Positions 7,949 through 18,024 of a DNA stretch of 32,000 nt are shown piece after piece; position 1 is the stretch's first letter; each line of letters begins with the position of its first letter. The notes under the pieces are model-generated. The model had not been told where the DNA came from. It did not search any database and saw only the letters and a program-made list of their open reading frames with translations. The stretch spans positions 4,950,001 through 4,982,000 of the forward strand of contig NC_010296.1 in NCBI RefSeq assembly GCF_000010625.1, written 5' to 3'. The translations under genes and the position numbers were made by a program. This DNA comes from Microcystis aeruginosa NIES-843. GTDB taxonomy: Bacteria > Cyanobacteriota > Cyanobacteriia > Cyanobacteriales > Microcystaceae.

Positions 7949-10141
7949 ATGACTGAATCTACAAAAACCCAATGTCCTTACTGTGGAGTAGGTTGTGGTT
8001 TGACAGTCACCTCCCCCGCGTCGGCCGGACAAGCATGGAAAGTCTTCGGGGACAAGTCCCACCCCTCCAGTCAAGGTATGGTCTGTGTTAAAGGGGCCAC
8101 CGTAGCGGAATCGATCGATAAAAATCGCCTCAAAACCCCGATGATCCGCGATTCTCTCCAAGATCAATTTCGTCTTTGTACTTGGGAAGAGGCCCTCGAT
8201 CGCATCGTTAACCAGATGCAAACTCTAATCGCTCAGGGGGAAAAGGAAAGTATCTGTCTATACGGTTCGGGACAATTTCACACCGAAGATTACTACATCG
8301 CCCAAAAACTGGTCAAGGGCTGTCTGGGAGTCAATAACTTTGATGCTAATTCCCGTCTCTGTATGTCTTCGGCCGTGGCCGCTTATCTGGACAGTTTCGG
8401 GTCTGACGGTCCCCCCTGCTGTTACGATGACTTGGAATTAACCGATTGTGCCTTTTTGGTGGGGACAAATACGGCCGAATGTCACCCCATCATCTTTAAC
8501 CGTCTGCACAAGTATCTCAAAGGCAACCAACAAGCGAAATTAATCGTCGTTGATCCCCGCAGCACCAAGACTGCCGAGGCCGCTAATCTCCACCTAGCCA
8601 TTAACCCCGGGACTGATATTGACCTATTTAACGGGATTGCTCACCTGTTACTGGGTTGGGGTGCGATCGATACCCATTTTATCGATAAATGCACCCGGGA
8701 TTTCGGCAAATACGCCGAAATTATCCGCCATTATCCCCCCGAAATAGTCGCCCCTAAATGCGGTATCCCCATTGAGGATTTAGAACAGGCTGCCCGCTAC
8801 TGGGCCGAATCGAAAAGAGTGCTTTCCCTCTGGTCGATGGGTATCAATCAATCCAGCGAAGGCACGGCCAAAGCCCGCACTTTAATCAATTTACACCTAA
8901 TGACGGCTAATATCGGTAAACCGGGGGCTGGTCCTTTTTCCCTAACGGGACAACCCAACGCCATGGGAGGAAGGGAAGCCGGCGGCCTCTGCCATCTTCT
9001 GCCCGGTTATCGTTCCGTCAAAAATCCCCAACACCGGGCCGAAGTGGAACAAGCTTGGGGTTTACCCGCCGGTCGGATTTCTCCCGTCCCCGGTCGCGAT
9101 GCTTGGAGTATGATTACCGGTTTGGAGACGGGAGATGTCAAACTTCTCTGGATTGCCGCCACTAATCCGGCTGTTAGTATGCCTGATCTAGAACGCACCA
9201 AGGCCGCCCTGTTAAAATCACCTTTTACTGTCTATCAGGATGCCTACTATCCCACAGAAACCAGCGCCTACGCCCATTTATTACTGCCAGCGGCCCAATG
9301 GGGTGAAAAAACGGGAACAATGACCAATTCTGAGCGCGTGGTGACGTTAAATAAAGCTTTTCGCTCTCCCGTCGGTCAAGCTCAGGCCGATTGGCAAATT
9401 TTCGCGGAAGTTGGTCGCCGTTTGGGTTTTCAGGCACAATTTAATTTTAAGGATTCCGCCGAGGTACATTCCGAGTTTATCCGGTTGACATATAAACGTC
9501 CTTGTGATATGACGGCGATTAATTATGATCGCCTGGCCGAGACTCCCCGACCGTGGCCCGATTCCATCGATGAAATTTCCGCTTCTAAAACCGCTAATTC
9601 CGGGGAATTACTAGGTAATTTAGTTAAAGATGAAAATAAAAGCGAAAAAACAGCCGCAAAACGCCTTTATACCGATGGTAAATTTAATACTGCCGATGGT
9701 CGTGCTGTTTTCGCCGCCTACCACAGTAAAGGTTTAGCGGAACCCCCGGACGATGATTATCCCCTAGTTTTGACCGTGGGGCGTTTGTACGGTCACTGGC
9801 ACACCCAAACCCGCACCGGCCGCATCGAGAAAATTATCAAAATGCACCCCGCACCTTTTCTGGAAATTCATCCCCAAGATGCGGCAAAATTGGACATAGA
9901 AGCTGGGGAATGGGTGGAGGTGCGTTCTCGTCGCGGTTTTGCCCGTTTTCCCGCTTTAATTACCAAAGCAATTGCTCCTAATTGTGTCTTTGTGCCGATG
10001 CACTGGGGGGCTTTATGGGCAGAAAATGCTGAGGCTAATAGTCTCACCCATCCGGCCGCTTGTCCGATTTCCCTGCAACCGGAATTAAAAGCTTGTGCCG
10101 TCAAATTAATCCCGATCAAGTCTTTAGTTAGGGTTAGCTGA
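7949..10141 (+). CDS. narB: Assimilatory ferredoxin-nitrate reductase (molybdopterin oxidoreductase)
   Basis: The N-terminal 4Fe-4S motif is [13 protein letters not shown]..C ([12 protein letters not shown]...GMVCVKG). The protein shows MopB-family sequence throughout and has a C-terminal molybdopterin dinucleotide-binding domain. At 730 aa its size is typical of cyanobacterial NarB. Confidence 0.9.
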   Translation: MTESTKTQCPYCGVGCGLTVTSPASAGQAWKVFGDKSHPSSQGMVCVKGATVAESIDKNRLKTPMIRDSLQDQFRLCTWEEALDRIVNQMQTLIAQGEKESICLYGSGQFHTEDYYIAQKLVKGCLGVNNFDANSRLCMSSAVAAYLDSFGSDGPPCCYDDLELTDCAFLVGTNTAECHPIIFNRLHKYLKGNQQAKLIVVDPRSTKTAEAANLHLAINPGTDIDLFNGIAHLLLGWGAIDTHFIDKCTRDFGKYAEIIRHYPPEIVAPKCGIPIEDLEQAARYWAESKRVLSLWSMGINQSSEGTAKARTLINLHLMTANIGKPGAGPFSLTGQPNAMGGREAGGLCHLLPGYRSVKNPQHRAEVEQAWGLPAGRISPVPGRDAWSMITGLETGDVKLLWIAATNPAVSMPDLERTKAALLKSPFTVYQDAYYPTETSAYAHLLLPAAQWGEKTGTMTNSERVVTLNKAFRSPVGQAQADWQIFAEVGRRLGFQAQFNFKDSAEVHSEFIRLTYKRPCDMTAINYDRLAETPRPWPDSIDEISASKTANSGELLGNLVKDENKSEKTAAKRLYTDGKFNTADGRAVFAAYHSKGLAEPPDDDYPLVLTVGRLYGHWHTQTRTGRIEKIIKMHPAPFLEIHPQDAAKLDIEAGEWVEVRSRRGFARFPALITKAIAPNCVFVPMHWGALWAENAEANSLTHPAACPISLQPELKACAVKLIPIKSLVRVS

Positions 10142-10346
10142 ATAAATCTTAAAACCTTGTTGGGTAAGACTTTTAGACCTTTTGTCAATCAAAAAGTACC
10201 GGATATGGGAGTGATCGGGGGAAAATTCAGGTACTTTTTCTCTGAAAATTAGGTAATTGGCCACCTCAAAACTGGTAAAACCCCACACCCCACACCCCAC
10301 ACCCCACACCCTGCCACCACCGAAAAACTTTTTGCCGCAAACCCTA
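10129..10346. mobile_element. MITE-like non-autonomous element, copy A (~218 bp)
   Basis: Terminal inverted repeats are TAGGGTTAGCTGAA...TTGCCGCAAACCCTA. An internal (CCCCACA)4 block is present. The element aligns end to end with 24197-24413. It carries no ORF. Its first 13 nt overlap the narB 3' end, including the stop codon. Confidence 0.7.
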
Positions 10347-10446
10347 CTTATACCAATTGGCCACAATCTGATAGGTAGTTTTTGTTGAGAAAATTGCTAT
10401 TACAACGACAGAAGCCCGAATTATCAGGCATTTAACCACACTATTC

Positions 10447-11343
10447 TCATTCCGAGATTTCGATCGAACTAACCGATCTTTGCCAACGTTTTTTCCAGTG
10501 GCTAGTCGGTTCTAAGTCACAGAGAGCCTGTTCGCTGCGACGACGTTGTATAATCACTTCGGCCGGGTCGGTTAAAGTCGCGTCTCGATAGGGAATAGCG
10601 GCCTTAGTTTGCAGATGTTCCCTTTCCTGTACCGATAGAGATGGGGGTAAGGACAAAAAACTGGCTATTGTCCCTGGCGATCGCCGCCCGACGCTATCGG
10701 TGGCCCCAATCTGCAATCCTGCTAATTGTAAAGCCCTTCGCACCGAGGCAGCACAGGAATAGGTGACTAAATAACCCGTCGGACTCAGGCATTTCGCCAC
10801 TAAAGCTAAAAACTCCACCGTCCACAGTTGCGGACATTTACCCGGGGAAAAGGGGTCGAGAAAAATTGCCTCCGCTTGAAAACCCGCGTCAATCACCTTG
10901 GTTATCGTCTGTCGCGCATCCCCGATTAACAGTTTAGCCGTGAGATTAGGCAGGTCTAGCCGGTGATTATGGGCAAAATCATTTAAATATTCGGGAATTG
11001 GTTGACTCCAACTATTTAAGAGATTTTCTCTAATAGCCGCTAGGGGAACCACTCGATCGCTTTCTAAAGCTAATAATTCTACCCGACAATCCCCCCTAAC
11101 TTGCCAAATGGCCGCTAAGGCTGCGGCGCTATTATACCCTAAGCCGTAACAAATGTCAAGAATTTTCAGATTATTGCTCTGGTCTGCTTTGGCTGTCAGA
11201 CGACTAGAGAGGATAAATTTTTTCTCGGCTTCTTCCCTTGCCCCAGAGGTAGAATGATAACATTCGCCGAATTCGGTCGAAAAAAAGGTATAAGAACCAT
11301 CCTCAGTGACTTTTTGCGGGTAGGCTTCGGGGGAGACAAGCAT
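10447..11343 (-). CDS. mnmD: tRNA (mnm5s2U34)-methyltransferase MnmD/MnmC-methyltransferase-domain-like protein
   Basis: The protein has a SAM motif (ILDICYGLGYN) and the signature FLDPFSPGKCPQLWTVEF (compare the MnmC N-domain FLDGFAPAKNPDMW). I prefer the start at MLVSPE (complement of 11341-11343). The track start at 11400 would overlap the upstream gene by 98 nt. Confidence 0.65.
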   Translation of the reverse strand: MLVSPEAYPQKVTEDGSYTFFSTEFGECYHSTSGAREEAEKKFILSSRLTAKADQSNNLKILDICYGLGYNSAAALAAIWQVRGDCRVELLALESDRVVPLAAIRENLLNSWSQPIPEYLNDFAHNHRLDLPNLTAKLLIGDARQTITKVIDAGFQAEAIFLDPFSPGKCPQLWTVEFLALVAKCLSPTGYLVTYSCAASVRRALQLAGLQIGATDSVGRRSPGTIASFLSLPPSLSVQEREHLQTKAAIPYRDATLTDPAEVIIQRRRSEQALCDLEPTSHWKKRWQRSVSSIEISE

Positions 11344-12097
11344 GGTGATGGAGAATGTCTTTGAGATGAATATCGGTTTCCAGCAGGCAAGCGTGACCAC
11401 TATGGGGCAGAATCGTTAATTTTGCCGCGGGTAACTGCTGAATTAGGCGTTTAGCCTCCGCTACCGATGGTAACAGTCGATCTCCTTGACTGGCTATCAC
11501 TAACACCCCCAATTGCAGACATTTTAACTCGCTGGCACTAACCTGAAACCGTTGTAACTGGGATAAACGCCAGCTAATCGTCTTCGGTGGGACGTATTGC
11601 ATGGCTTTGAGGAGAGAGCGGCGATCTTCCCGGGATATGCGACCGAGAGCGGCCAGAAAGGGTAAAATAGTTAGTGCCGAGCTGCCTTGGATGAAATCGG
11701 GCATCATCTGGGTGATACCGATTCCCAAGCTTAAAAGAGGTCTTTGATTAAAAGAAGAAGCAGGGTTAATTAAAATCAGTTTTTTAATTAATTTTGGTGA
11801 TTTTGTCGCTATTTTCAAGGCTAAACAGCCGCCAAAAGACTCACCGCAGAGATAGACTTTTCTCGATTGTCGCTTTAATTCCTGTTCCAATAAAGCGATC
11901 ACGAGGGTGCTTAATTCCTCCCAATCACCGAGATATTGCGGGGAAATCACCAAACAACGTAGATCGAAGTAAGGGGCAAGGTTTTTAATCTGACGATGGT
12001 ATAGTTGGCCGCTGCCATCCATTCCGGGTAAAAATACAAACAGGGGATAATCGGGACGGGGATGACGGGGAATAATCCAACTGACAGGTTGTTCCAT
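11303..12097 (-). CDS. Alpha/beta-fold hydrolase
   Basis: Nucleophile elbow GESFGG, an N-terminal FLPGMDGSG oxyanion region, and a C-terminal SGHACLLE histidine region. The 3' end overlaps the mnmD-like start by 41 nt. Confidence 0.8.
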   Translation of the reverse strand: MEQPVSWIIPRHPRPDYPLFVFLPGMDGSGQLYHRQIKNLAPYFDLRCLVISPQYLGDWEELSTLVIALLEQELKRQSRKVYLCGESFGGCLALKIATKSPKLIKKLILINPASSFNQRPLLSLGIGITQMMPDFIQGSSALTILPFLAALGRISREDRRSLLKAMQYVPPKTISWRLSQLQRFQVSASELKCLQLGVLVIASQGDRLLPSVAEAKRLIQQLPAAKLTILPHSGHACLLETDIHLKDILHHHACLPRSLPAKSH

Positions 12098-12237
12098 GGT
12101 GCGAGAAGCGCGGTCGATGTTAAAAAAGTTTTTTCTGGTTATCTATTTTAAGGATAATTAATATTAGAGAGATTTGCCAATTTTAATAGTACGATTAACT
12201 CCCAACTTATGGATTGTTTCTCCCTGCTCCCCAACCC

Positions 12238-12270
12238 CTGATAACTGATAACTGATAACTGATTAACTGA
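12238..12270 (+). repeat. (ATAACTG)n heptamer array preceded by a C-rich module
   Basis: ctgataactgataactgataactgattaactga. It is preceded by ctccctgctccccaacccc, the complement of the G-rich module. Confidence 0.9.
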
Positions 12271-12279
12271 GCCAAATTT

Positions 12280-12879
12280 TTAGGCCGCCGCTAAATTAGC
12301 AGCCACGAAATCCCAATTAACCAACTTAGTTAAAAAGTCGCTGATGTAATCGGGACGACGATTTTGGTAGTCGAGATAATAAGCGTGTTCCCACACATCC
12401 ATAGTTAAGAGGGGAACCTGTCCGGCGGTTAAAGGATTGTCAGCGTTGCCGGTTTTGGTAACTTTGAGAGTACCGTTATCGAGAACCAACCAAGCCCAAC
12501 CGCTACCGAATTGAGTAGCGCCCGCAGTTTTGAAAGCTTCGACAAATTTCTCGAAACTGCCGAAATCTGCCTGAATTTTATCGGCTAAAGCACCGGTAGG
12601 TGCACCGCCACCACCCGGTTTCATGCAGTCCCAATAAAAACTATGATTCCATGCTTGGGCGGCATTGTTGAAAACCCCAGCTTTAGAAGCATCACCGGCA
12701 ACCTTAACGATAACTTCTTCTAAAGAGAGAGCATCGAGTTCCGTATCTTTGACCAAACCGTTATAGTTATTGACATAAGCGGCGTGGTGCTTGTCGTGGT
12801 GGAATTCTAGGGTACTTTTGGTGATGCAAGGCTCTAAGGCAGTGTAATCGTAGGGTAAAGGGGGAAGTGTGTAAGCCAT
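12280..12879 (-). CDS. sodB: Iron superoxide dismutase
   Basis: LPPLPYDYTALEP N-terminus, HHDKHH, the Fe-type AAQAWNHSFYW motif, and the DVWEHAYYLDYQNRRPDY signature. Confidence 0.95.
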   Translation of the reverse strand: MAYTLPPLPYDYTALEPCITKSTLEFHHDKHHAAYVNNYNGLVKDTELDALSLEEVIVKVAGDASKAGVFNNAAQAWNHSFYWDCMKPGGGGAPTGALADKIQADFGSFEKFVEAFKTAGATQFGSGWAWLVLDNGTLKVTKTGNADNPLTAGQVPLLTMDVWEHAYYLDYQNRRPDYISDFLTKLVNWDFVAANLAAA

Positions 12880-13323
12880 GTGTTCTCTGTATCCTCTCTT
12901 GAGAGCTTGTTTAAGGTAGTGTTGTTAACCTTTTGTCAGTATTCAGCTTAACCAAGACGAATACCTTTGCAATAAAACTTTACACCCTCAATCATAGCAC
13001 CGAAGGAGACTTGATCAGTGATCACTGATCGATCAGCTTTTTTCTCCCATCTCCCTTCTCCCCCATCACCTCAACTCCCATCGACCATCTCCTAAATCCT
13101 GAGAAGATCACCAAACAATGTTAGAATAATTCCCGTACTGTAGGCGCTTGCAGATTCTTGTGGGCGTGGCAGGGCAGGCGAAAAACGATTCCGTTCGGAA
13201 TTAGACCAAAAAAGCTCCACTGGAAACAGCAGTAGATTTTATCTCACTGGGTTGACCGGTTGGCACTTCGTCAAATTACGGATCAATACAAAATTATCAT
13301 TTACAGATCTTTCTTGGTAACTT

Positions 13324-13518
13324 ATGGCACAGCGTACACGCTTAGGTGAAATCCTTCGTCCCCTCAACTCGGAATATGGTAAAGTTTCTCCCGGTTGGGG
13401 AACTACCTTGCTGATGGGAGTTTTTATGGCTCTGTTTTTAGTCTTTTTGCTGATTATTTTACAGATCTACAACTCCTCCCTAATTTTAGAAGGATTTAAT
13501 GTAGATTGGGGTCAGTAA
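13324..13518 (+). CDS. psbH: Photosystem II reaction centre protein H
   Basis: The 64-aa product [52 protein letters not shown] matches the PsbH pattern along its full length. Confidence 0.95.
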   Translation: MAQRTRLGEILRPLNSEYGKVSPGWGTTLLMGVFMALFLVFLLIILQIYNSSLILEGFNVDWGQ

Positions 13519-13578
13519 GCAGATTCCAACAATCTCGTCGCCATTTTTGGCGGCAGAATTATCCCTCGGACTTTGGCA

Positions 13579-13608
13579 GGTGGGTTATTGCCCACCGCGA
13601 GTTTTTTA
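13579..13608 (+). terminator. Possible terminator hairpin after psbH
   Basis: The hairpin is ggtggg-ttattg-cccacc, followed by gcgag and a T6 run. The T run is 5 nt from the stem, so the structure is not canonical. Confidence 0.3.
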
Positions 13609-13622
13609 TTAGGAGCAAAAAA

Positions 13623-13871
13623 ATGAATATTTTTGGGATTGGATTACCGGAAATGGGGTTAATTCTCTTGATTGCCCTGCTAGTTTTCGGACCGAAAAAA
13701 TTACCAGAAATCGGTCGCAGTTTAGGCAAAACGATTCGAGGATTTCAAGAAGCATCCAAGGAATTTGAAAGTGAATTTAAGCGAGAGGCCGAGCAGATTG
13801 AAGACTCGGTAAAAATCAAAGCTGAATTAGAGGAAAGTCAATCTCCTAGCGATCAAACTCGTTCCAGTTAA
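13623..13871 (+). CDS. tatA: Twin-arginine translocase subunit TatA/E
   Basis: MNIFGIGLPEMGLILLIALLVFGPKKLPEIGRSLGKTIRGFQEA forms the TatA TM-hinge-amphipathic helix. AGGAG lies 8 nt upstream of this ATG. The track start at 13506 adds 39 non-homologous residues. Confidence 0.9.
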   Translation: MNIFGIGLPEMGLILLIALLVFGPKKLPEIGRSLGKTIRGFQEASKEFESEFKREAEQIEDSVKIKAELEESQSPSDQTRSS

Positions 13872-14018
13872 GAACCGTGTAGAGATAAAATGAAAGAAGA
13901 TTGAGCGATAAATTTATAACCGATACTGGGGAAGATGTAAAATCGGGAATGACCAGAGCCGGATTAAATTGGCAGTTTTACCATAGACCTCTTGTAAAAA
14001 TCAAAAATTGTTGTTAGG

Positions 14019-14062
14019 GTCAGGAGTCAGGAGCCGGTCGTCAGGAGACAGGAGACAGGAGA
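14019..14062. repeat. (GTCAGGA/GACAGGA)n heptamer array
   Basis: gtcaggagtcaggagccggtcgtcaggagacaggagacaggag read directly. Confidence 0.85.
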
Positions 14063-14080
14063 TTATTTTATTTATTCTTC

Positions 14081-14186
14081 CCACTTCCCCACACCCCACA
14101 CCCCACTTCCCCACACCCCACACCCTACACCCCACACCCCACACCCCACACCCTACCCCCACGAAAAACTTTTTCAGCAGACCCTA
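14081..14186. repeat. Expanded (CCCCACA)n array plus MITE right terminus (half element)
   Basis: About 11 CCCCACA-type units with CTTCCCC and CCCTACA variants. They are followed by gaaaaactttttcagcagacccta, which matches the right ends at 10346 and 24413. Confidence 0.8.
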
Positions 14187-14287
14187 AGTAGGCAGAATAT
14201 ACCATCAGTTTGAGAATTCCCAGAAGGCAACAAAAAAATGACTATTTCCTTGCTATAAGTATTGTAGATGTCAAGAGTGGTAAATGA

Positions 14288-16567
14288 ATGTCTATAGTGG
14301 TATCCCCCGAACAAGTCCATCAAATCGTCAACAACCTCCATCACGATCCCTTTGAGGTTTTGGGGGCCCATCCCCTAGAAGAAGAAGGAAAAGTCAATAA
14401 ATGGGTTGTTAGAGCCTATTTACCGAAAACCACGGCCGCTTGGGTTATTTTACCGTCCCAAAGACAAGAATATCCCATGACGACCGCTTATCACCCCCAT
14501 TTTTTCGAGTGCGTTATCGATATCAGTGAACTGAACAATTATCAATTACGCATCCACGAGGGGGAACAGGAACGGGTAATCTATGATTCCTATGCCTTCC
14601 GTTCTGCCAAACTGAGCGATTTTGATTTACACCTGTTTGGGGAGGGCAACCATCATCGCATTTATGAAAAATTAGGGGCGCATTTAGCCGAAATCGAGGG
14701 TATTAAAGGGGTTTATTTCGCAGTTTGGGCCCCTAATGCCCGCAACGTCTCGATTATTGGTGATTTCAATAACTGGGATGGTCGTGATCACCAAATGCGG
14801 AAACGTAATAATATGGTCTGGGAATTGTTTATCCCAGAAATCGGTGTTGGCACTAAATATAAATACGAGATCAAAAATTGGGAAGGTCATATTTACGAAA
14901 AATCTGATCCCTACGGTTTTGCCCAAGAAGTACGCCCGAAAACCGCCTCGATCGTGGCTAATTTAGATAGCTATACTTGGGATGATAGCGATTGGATGGA
15001 AAAACGCCGCCATAGCGATCCTTTAACTCAACCGGTTTCCGTTTACGAATTACACCTCGGTTCTTGGCTGCACGCTTCTAGTGCCGAACCCCCCCGTTTA
15101 CTTTCTGGGGAAGGGGAAGCGGTTCCCGTGTCGGAATGGAACACTGGGGCGCGCTTTTTGAGTTACTACGAGTTAGCCCAAAAACTAATTCCCTACGTTA
15201 AAGAATTAGGTTACACCCATATCGAATTATTACCGATCGCCGAGCATCCTTTTGATGGTTCTTGGGGTTATCAAGTGACGGGTTATTTTGCCCCCACCAG
15301 TCGCTACGGCAATCCTGAAGATTTCATGTATTTTGTCGATCAATGTCACCAAAATGGCCTTGGTGTGCTAGTGGATTGGGTCCCCGGTCACTTCCCCAAA
15401 GATGGCCACGGGTTAGCTTTCTTTGATGGTACTCATCTTTACGAACACGGCGACCCGCGCAAAGGGGAACACAAGGAATGGGGAACCTTAATTTTTAACT
15501 ACGGTCGCAACGAAGTCAGAAATTTCCTCGTCGCTAATGCTCTTTTTTGGTTCGATAAGTACCATATTGACGGCATTCGCGTGGACGCGGTGGCTTCTAT
15601 GCTCTATCTCGATTATTGTCGTAAAGATGGGGAATGGGTGGCTAACGAGTACGGTGGCCGGGAAAATTTAGAGGCAGCGGAATTCCTGCGTCAAGTTAAT
15701 CATGTAATTTTTAGCTATTTCCCCGGAATTCTCTCTATTGCCGAAGAATCCACCGCTTGGCCGATGGTGTCCTGGCCCACCTATATGGGCGGTTTAGGCT
15801 TTAATTTGAAGTGGAATATGGGCTGGATGCACGATATGCTCGATTATTTCGGCATGGATCCCTGGTTCCGTCAATTCCATCAAAATAATGTCACTTTTAG
15901 TATGTGGTATAACCACAGCGAGAATTATATGCTGGCTTTGTCCCACGATGAAGTGGTTCACGGCAAAAGTAATATGATTGGCAAAATGCCGGGGGATGAG
16001 TGGCAAAAATTCGCCAATGTCCGGGCATTATTTAGTTATATGTTTACCCACCCCGGCAAGAAAACCATGTTTATGAGCATGGAATTTGGCCAGTGGAGTG
16101 AGTGGAATGTTTGGGGTGATTTGGAGTGGGGTCTTTTGCAGTACGAACCCCATCAACAGCTAAAACGCTTTTTCTCAGATTTGAACGCCACCTATAAGAG
16201 TGAACCTGCTTTATATACCCAGGATTTTGGTCAGGATGGCTTTGAGTGGATCGACTGTAGTGATAATAGTCATAGTGTCGTTTCTTTCCTGCGCTGGAGC
16301 AAAAATTGGCAGGAGTTTCTGGTGGTGGTCTGTAATTTTACTCCCCAACCCCACAGCCATTATCGCGTTGGTGTACCCCATCCCGGTTTTTATCAGGAAA
16401 TCTTTAACAGCGATGCGGGTAAATATGGCGGTAGTAATATGGGCAACCTCGGCGGTAAATGGTCGGAGGAATGGTCCTATCATAGCCGTCCCTACTCGAT
16501 TGATCTCTGTTTACCACCTTTAGGGGTTTTAGTTCTCAAAATCAGTCCTAATGCTTCTGGGGAATAG
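14288..16567 (+). CDS. glgB: 1,4-alpha-glucan branching enzyme
   Basis: 759 aa. The N-terminus reads [14 protein letters not shown]13 catalytic regions are present ([42 protein letters not shown]). Confidence 0.95.
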   Translation: MSIVVSPEQVHQIVNNLHHDPFEVLGAHPLEEEGKVNKWVVRAYLPKTTAAWVILPSQRQEYPMTTAYHPHFFECVIDISELNNYQLRIHEGEQERVIYDSYAFRSAKLSDFDLHLFGEGNHHRIYEKLGAHLAEIEGIKGVYFAVWAPNARNVSIIGDFNNWDGRDHQMRKRNNMVWELFIPEIGVGTKYKYEIKNWEGHIYEKSDPYGFAQEVRPKTASIVANLDSYTWDDSDWMEKRRHSDPLTQPVSVYELHLGSWLHASSAEPPRLLSGEGEAVPVSEWNTGARFLSYYELAQKLIPYVKELGYTHIELLPIAEHPFDGSWGYQVTGYFAPTSRYGNPEDFMYFVDQCHQNGLGVLVDWVPGHFPKDGHGLAFFDGTHLYEHGDPRKGEHKEWGTLIFNYGRNEVRNFLVANALFWFDKYHIDGIRVDAVASMLYLDYCRKDGEWVANEYGGRENLEAAEFLRQVNHVIFSYFPGILSIAEESTAWPMVSWPTYMGGLGFNLKWNMGWMHDMLDYFGMDPWFRQFHQNNVTFSMWYNHSENYMLALSHDEVVHGKSNMIGKMPGDEWQKFANVRALFSYMFTHPGKKTMFMSMEFGQWSEWNVWGDLEWGLLQYEPHQQLKRFFSDLNATYKSEPALYTQDFGQDGFEWIDCSDNSHSVVSFLRWSKNWQEFLVVVCNFTPQPHSHYRVGVPHPGFYQEIFNSDAGKYGGSNMGNLGGKWSEEWSYHSRPYSIDLCLPPLGVLVLKISPNASGE

Positions 16568-16579
16568 GTAGGGTTTTTT

Positions 16580-16640
16580 CAGTGATCAGTAAACAGTAAT
16601 CAGTGAACTGAAAACTAACATCTGATAACTGATAACTGAG
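16580..16640. repeat. Degenerate CAGTGAT/CAGTAAT units followed by an (ATAACTG) array
   Basis: cagtgatcagtaaacagtaatcagtgaactg...ctgataactgataactgag read directly. Confidence 0.8.
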
Positions 16641-16662
16641 CTGCCATTACTGAGTAACGCAC

Positions 16663-16695
16663 AGAAAACGGGTTTCTCCGAGAAACCCGTTTTCT
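16663..16695. terminator. Perfect 16-bp-arm palindrome; candidate bidirectional terminator between convergent glgB and the fasciclin gene
   Basis: agaaaacgggtttctc c gagaaacccgttttct. Each arm carries a T/A run at its outer end, so either strand reads as a stem followed by UUUUCU. Confidence 0.6.
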
Positions 16696-16902
16696 ACTCA
16701 TGTAATAGGCAAAAGGATCAATAGATAATCAGTCTTTAATAACAGAATTTAGTCTGAACAGGTACAGACAAGAAAGTGCAGAAAGTGGGCATTTTCCTCC
16801 GTCGATCATCGAACCCATAAACAAGCAAAAGTGTCTGTATATTTAGTCACTAAATAAGATAGATTTGCTCTGGATGCGGCCCGGGGAAAAGCCGGTCAAA
16901 AA

Positions 16903-17304
16903 CTAACCCATCAGGATCACCGTGTCGATGACGTGGATCACGCCATTATCTGCCTCGATATTACCCGCGACCACCGTGGCATTTTTCACCTCAAAACCTT
17001 CGCTACAATCGACGGGAATCGGTGAACCCTCTAGAGAAGTCACTACAGCCAATTTTGCCAAATCTTCCTGCATATATTTGCCCGCAACGACGTGATAGGT
17101 GAGAATTCGGGTTAATTGGGGGATATTCTGCACTAGGGTTGTAATCGTCCCGGGGGGCAATTTGGCAAAAGCTTCATCGGTGGGGGCAAAAACCGTGAAC
17201 GGGCCAGGACTTTTTAGGGCATCCACAAGATTAGCGGCTTGTACCGCCGTCACTAGAGTTTTAAAATTATCGGCACTGACCGCAATATCGACAATATCTG
17301 CCAT
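16903..17304 (-). CDS. Fasciclin (FAS1) domain protein
   Basis: [15 protein letters not shown] (H1 box), the YHVV motif and [11 protein letters not shown] (H2 box). The product is 133 aa. Confidence 0.85.
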   Translation of the reverse strand: MADIVDIAVSADNFKTLVTAVQAANLVDALKSPGPFTVFAPTDEAFAKLPPGTITTLVQNIPQLTRILTYHVVAGKYMQEDLAKLAVVTSLEGSPIPVDCSEGFEVKNATVVAGNIEADNGVIHVIDTVILMG

Positions 17305-17387
17305 AAACTTGACTCGATCCTGAAAAAAATCATCTATTTCAGATTTTAAACTTAATCTTGTCCCAAAGATCGTTCTAGGGAAGTAAT

Positions 17388-17510
17388 GTGGGGTGTGGGG
17401 TGTAGGGTGTGGGGTGTAGGGTGTAGGGTGTGGGGAGTTTTCTCAGTGAACTGATAACTGATAACTGATAACTGATAACTGATAACTGATAACTGATAAC
17501 TGATAACTGA
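17388..17510. repeat. Composite microsatellite: (GGGGTGT)~7 then GGGGAG linker then (ATAACTG)~9
   Basis: gtggggtgtggggtgtagggtgtggggtgtagggtgtagggtgtggggag...ctgataactg, with the ATAACTG unit repeated about nine times. Confidence 0.95.
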
Positions 17511-18024
17511 CTTCTAACCCCATGTTGGACAAAGATAAGCAAAAATTATTTATTGACTCCAAAAACTTGAGAATATTTAAATTAACATTCCGCAATATTT
17601 ACAAATTCTTAAGAATTAATTGAGAAAGATTTTTATTTAACAACGATGTTATCATGGTTACAGCGATTTTGCTGAATTTCATGATGGGTTATTCTGTGCT
17701 TTTTTGGGTAGCAATGGTTGAAACCCTTGCCACACCTACAGGGTGATCCTAATTAAGACGGGTAAATCAGTCAATTTCACGGGCAACGATGATCTTTTTT
17801 TTGTGTAGTTTTATTGCAAAGAAAAAGTTTTTTTGACAAAAAGCACAAAGTATGATATGTCTGCCAAGGTATTTCTGGCTGCGAGTAATTATTGCAGAGT
17901 TAGGTCAAAATCAGGGGATTTGCTGTTTCCAAGTCAAGAAATACAGAAAAGCAGCAATTCGATCGAGAAACCGATAAAAACAGCCTAGACTAGAAAAAGA
18001 ATCCTCTATCCTGACAGCTATCCT

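Noticed and set aside
10124-10366. 80-aa minus-strand ORF downstream of narB
   Set aside because: It is entirely composed of MITE-like element sequence, including the CCCCACA block (read as WGVGCGVWG).
12880-13323. Expected psbN gene antisense-adjacent to psbH
   Set aside because: I translated the minus strand of this interval and found no ~43-aa PsbN-like ORF. Only repeats and short stop-interrupted frames are present.
13506-13622. N-terminal extension of tatA (track start at 13506, overlapping the psbH stop)
   Set aside because: The extension is not TatA-like. The internal ATG at 13623 has an AGGAG Shine-Dalgarno and gives a canonical TatA N-terminus.
1803-16523. Numerous antisense or embedded track ORFs (e.g. 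1803-2054, 2520-2801, 3084-3557, 5070-5301, 6198-6512, 7934-8221, 9007-9437, 9868-10188, 11196-11390, 11794-11988, 14684-14966, 15794-16006, 16200-16523)
   Set aside because: Each lies wholly inside a longer ORF with clear family motifs on the other strand or in another frame, and none has recognisable motifs of its own.
17681-17746. 21-aa hydrophobic mini-ORF (MMGYSVLFWVAMVETLATPTG) and a TTGACA box (17833-17838) in the 500-bp AT-rich region upstream of rnz
   Set aside because: The mini-ORF has no recognisable RBS or family. The TTGACA box lacks a convincing -10 at 17-nt spacing (only TATGTC). The evidence is too weak to call.
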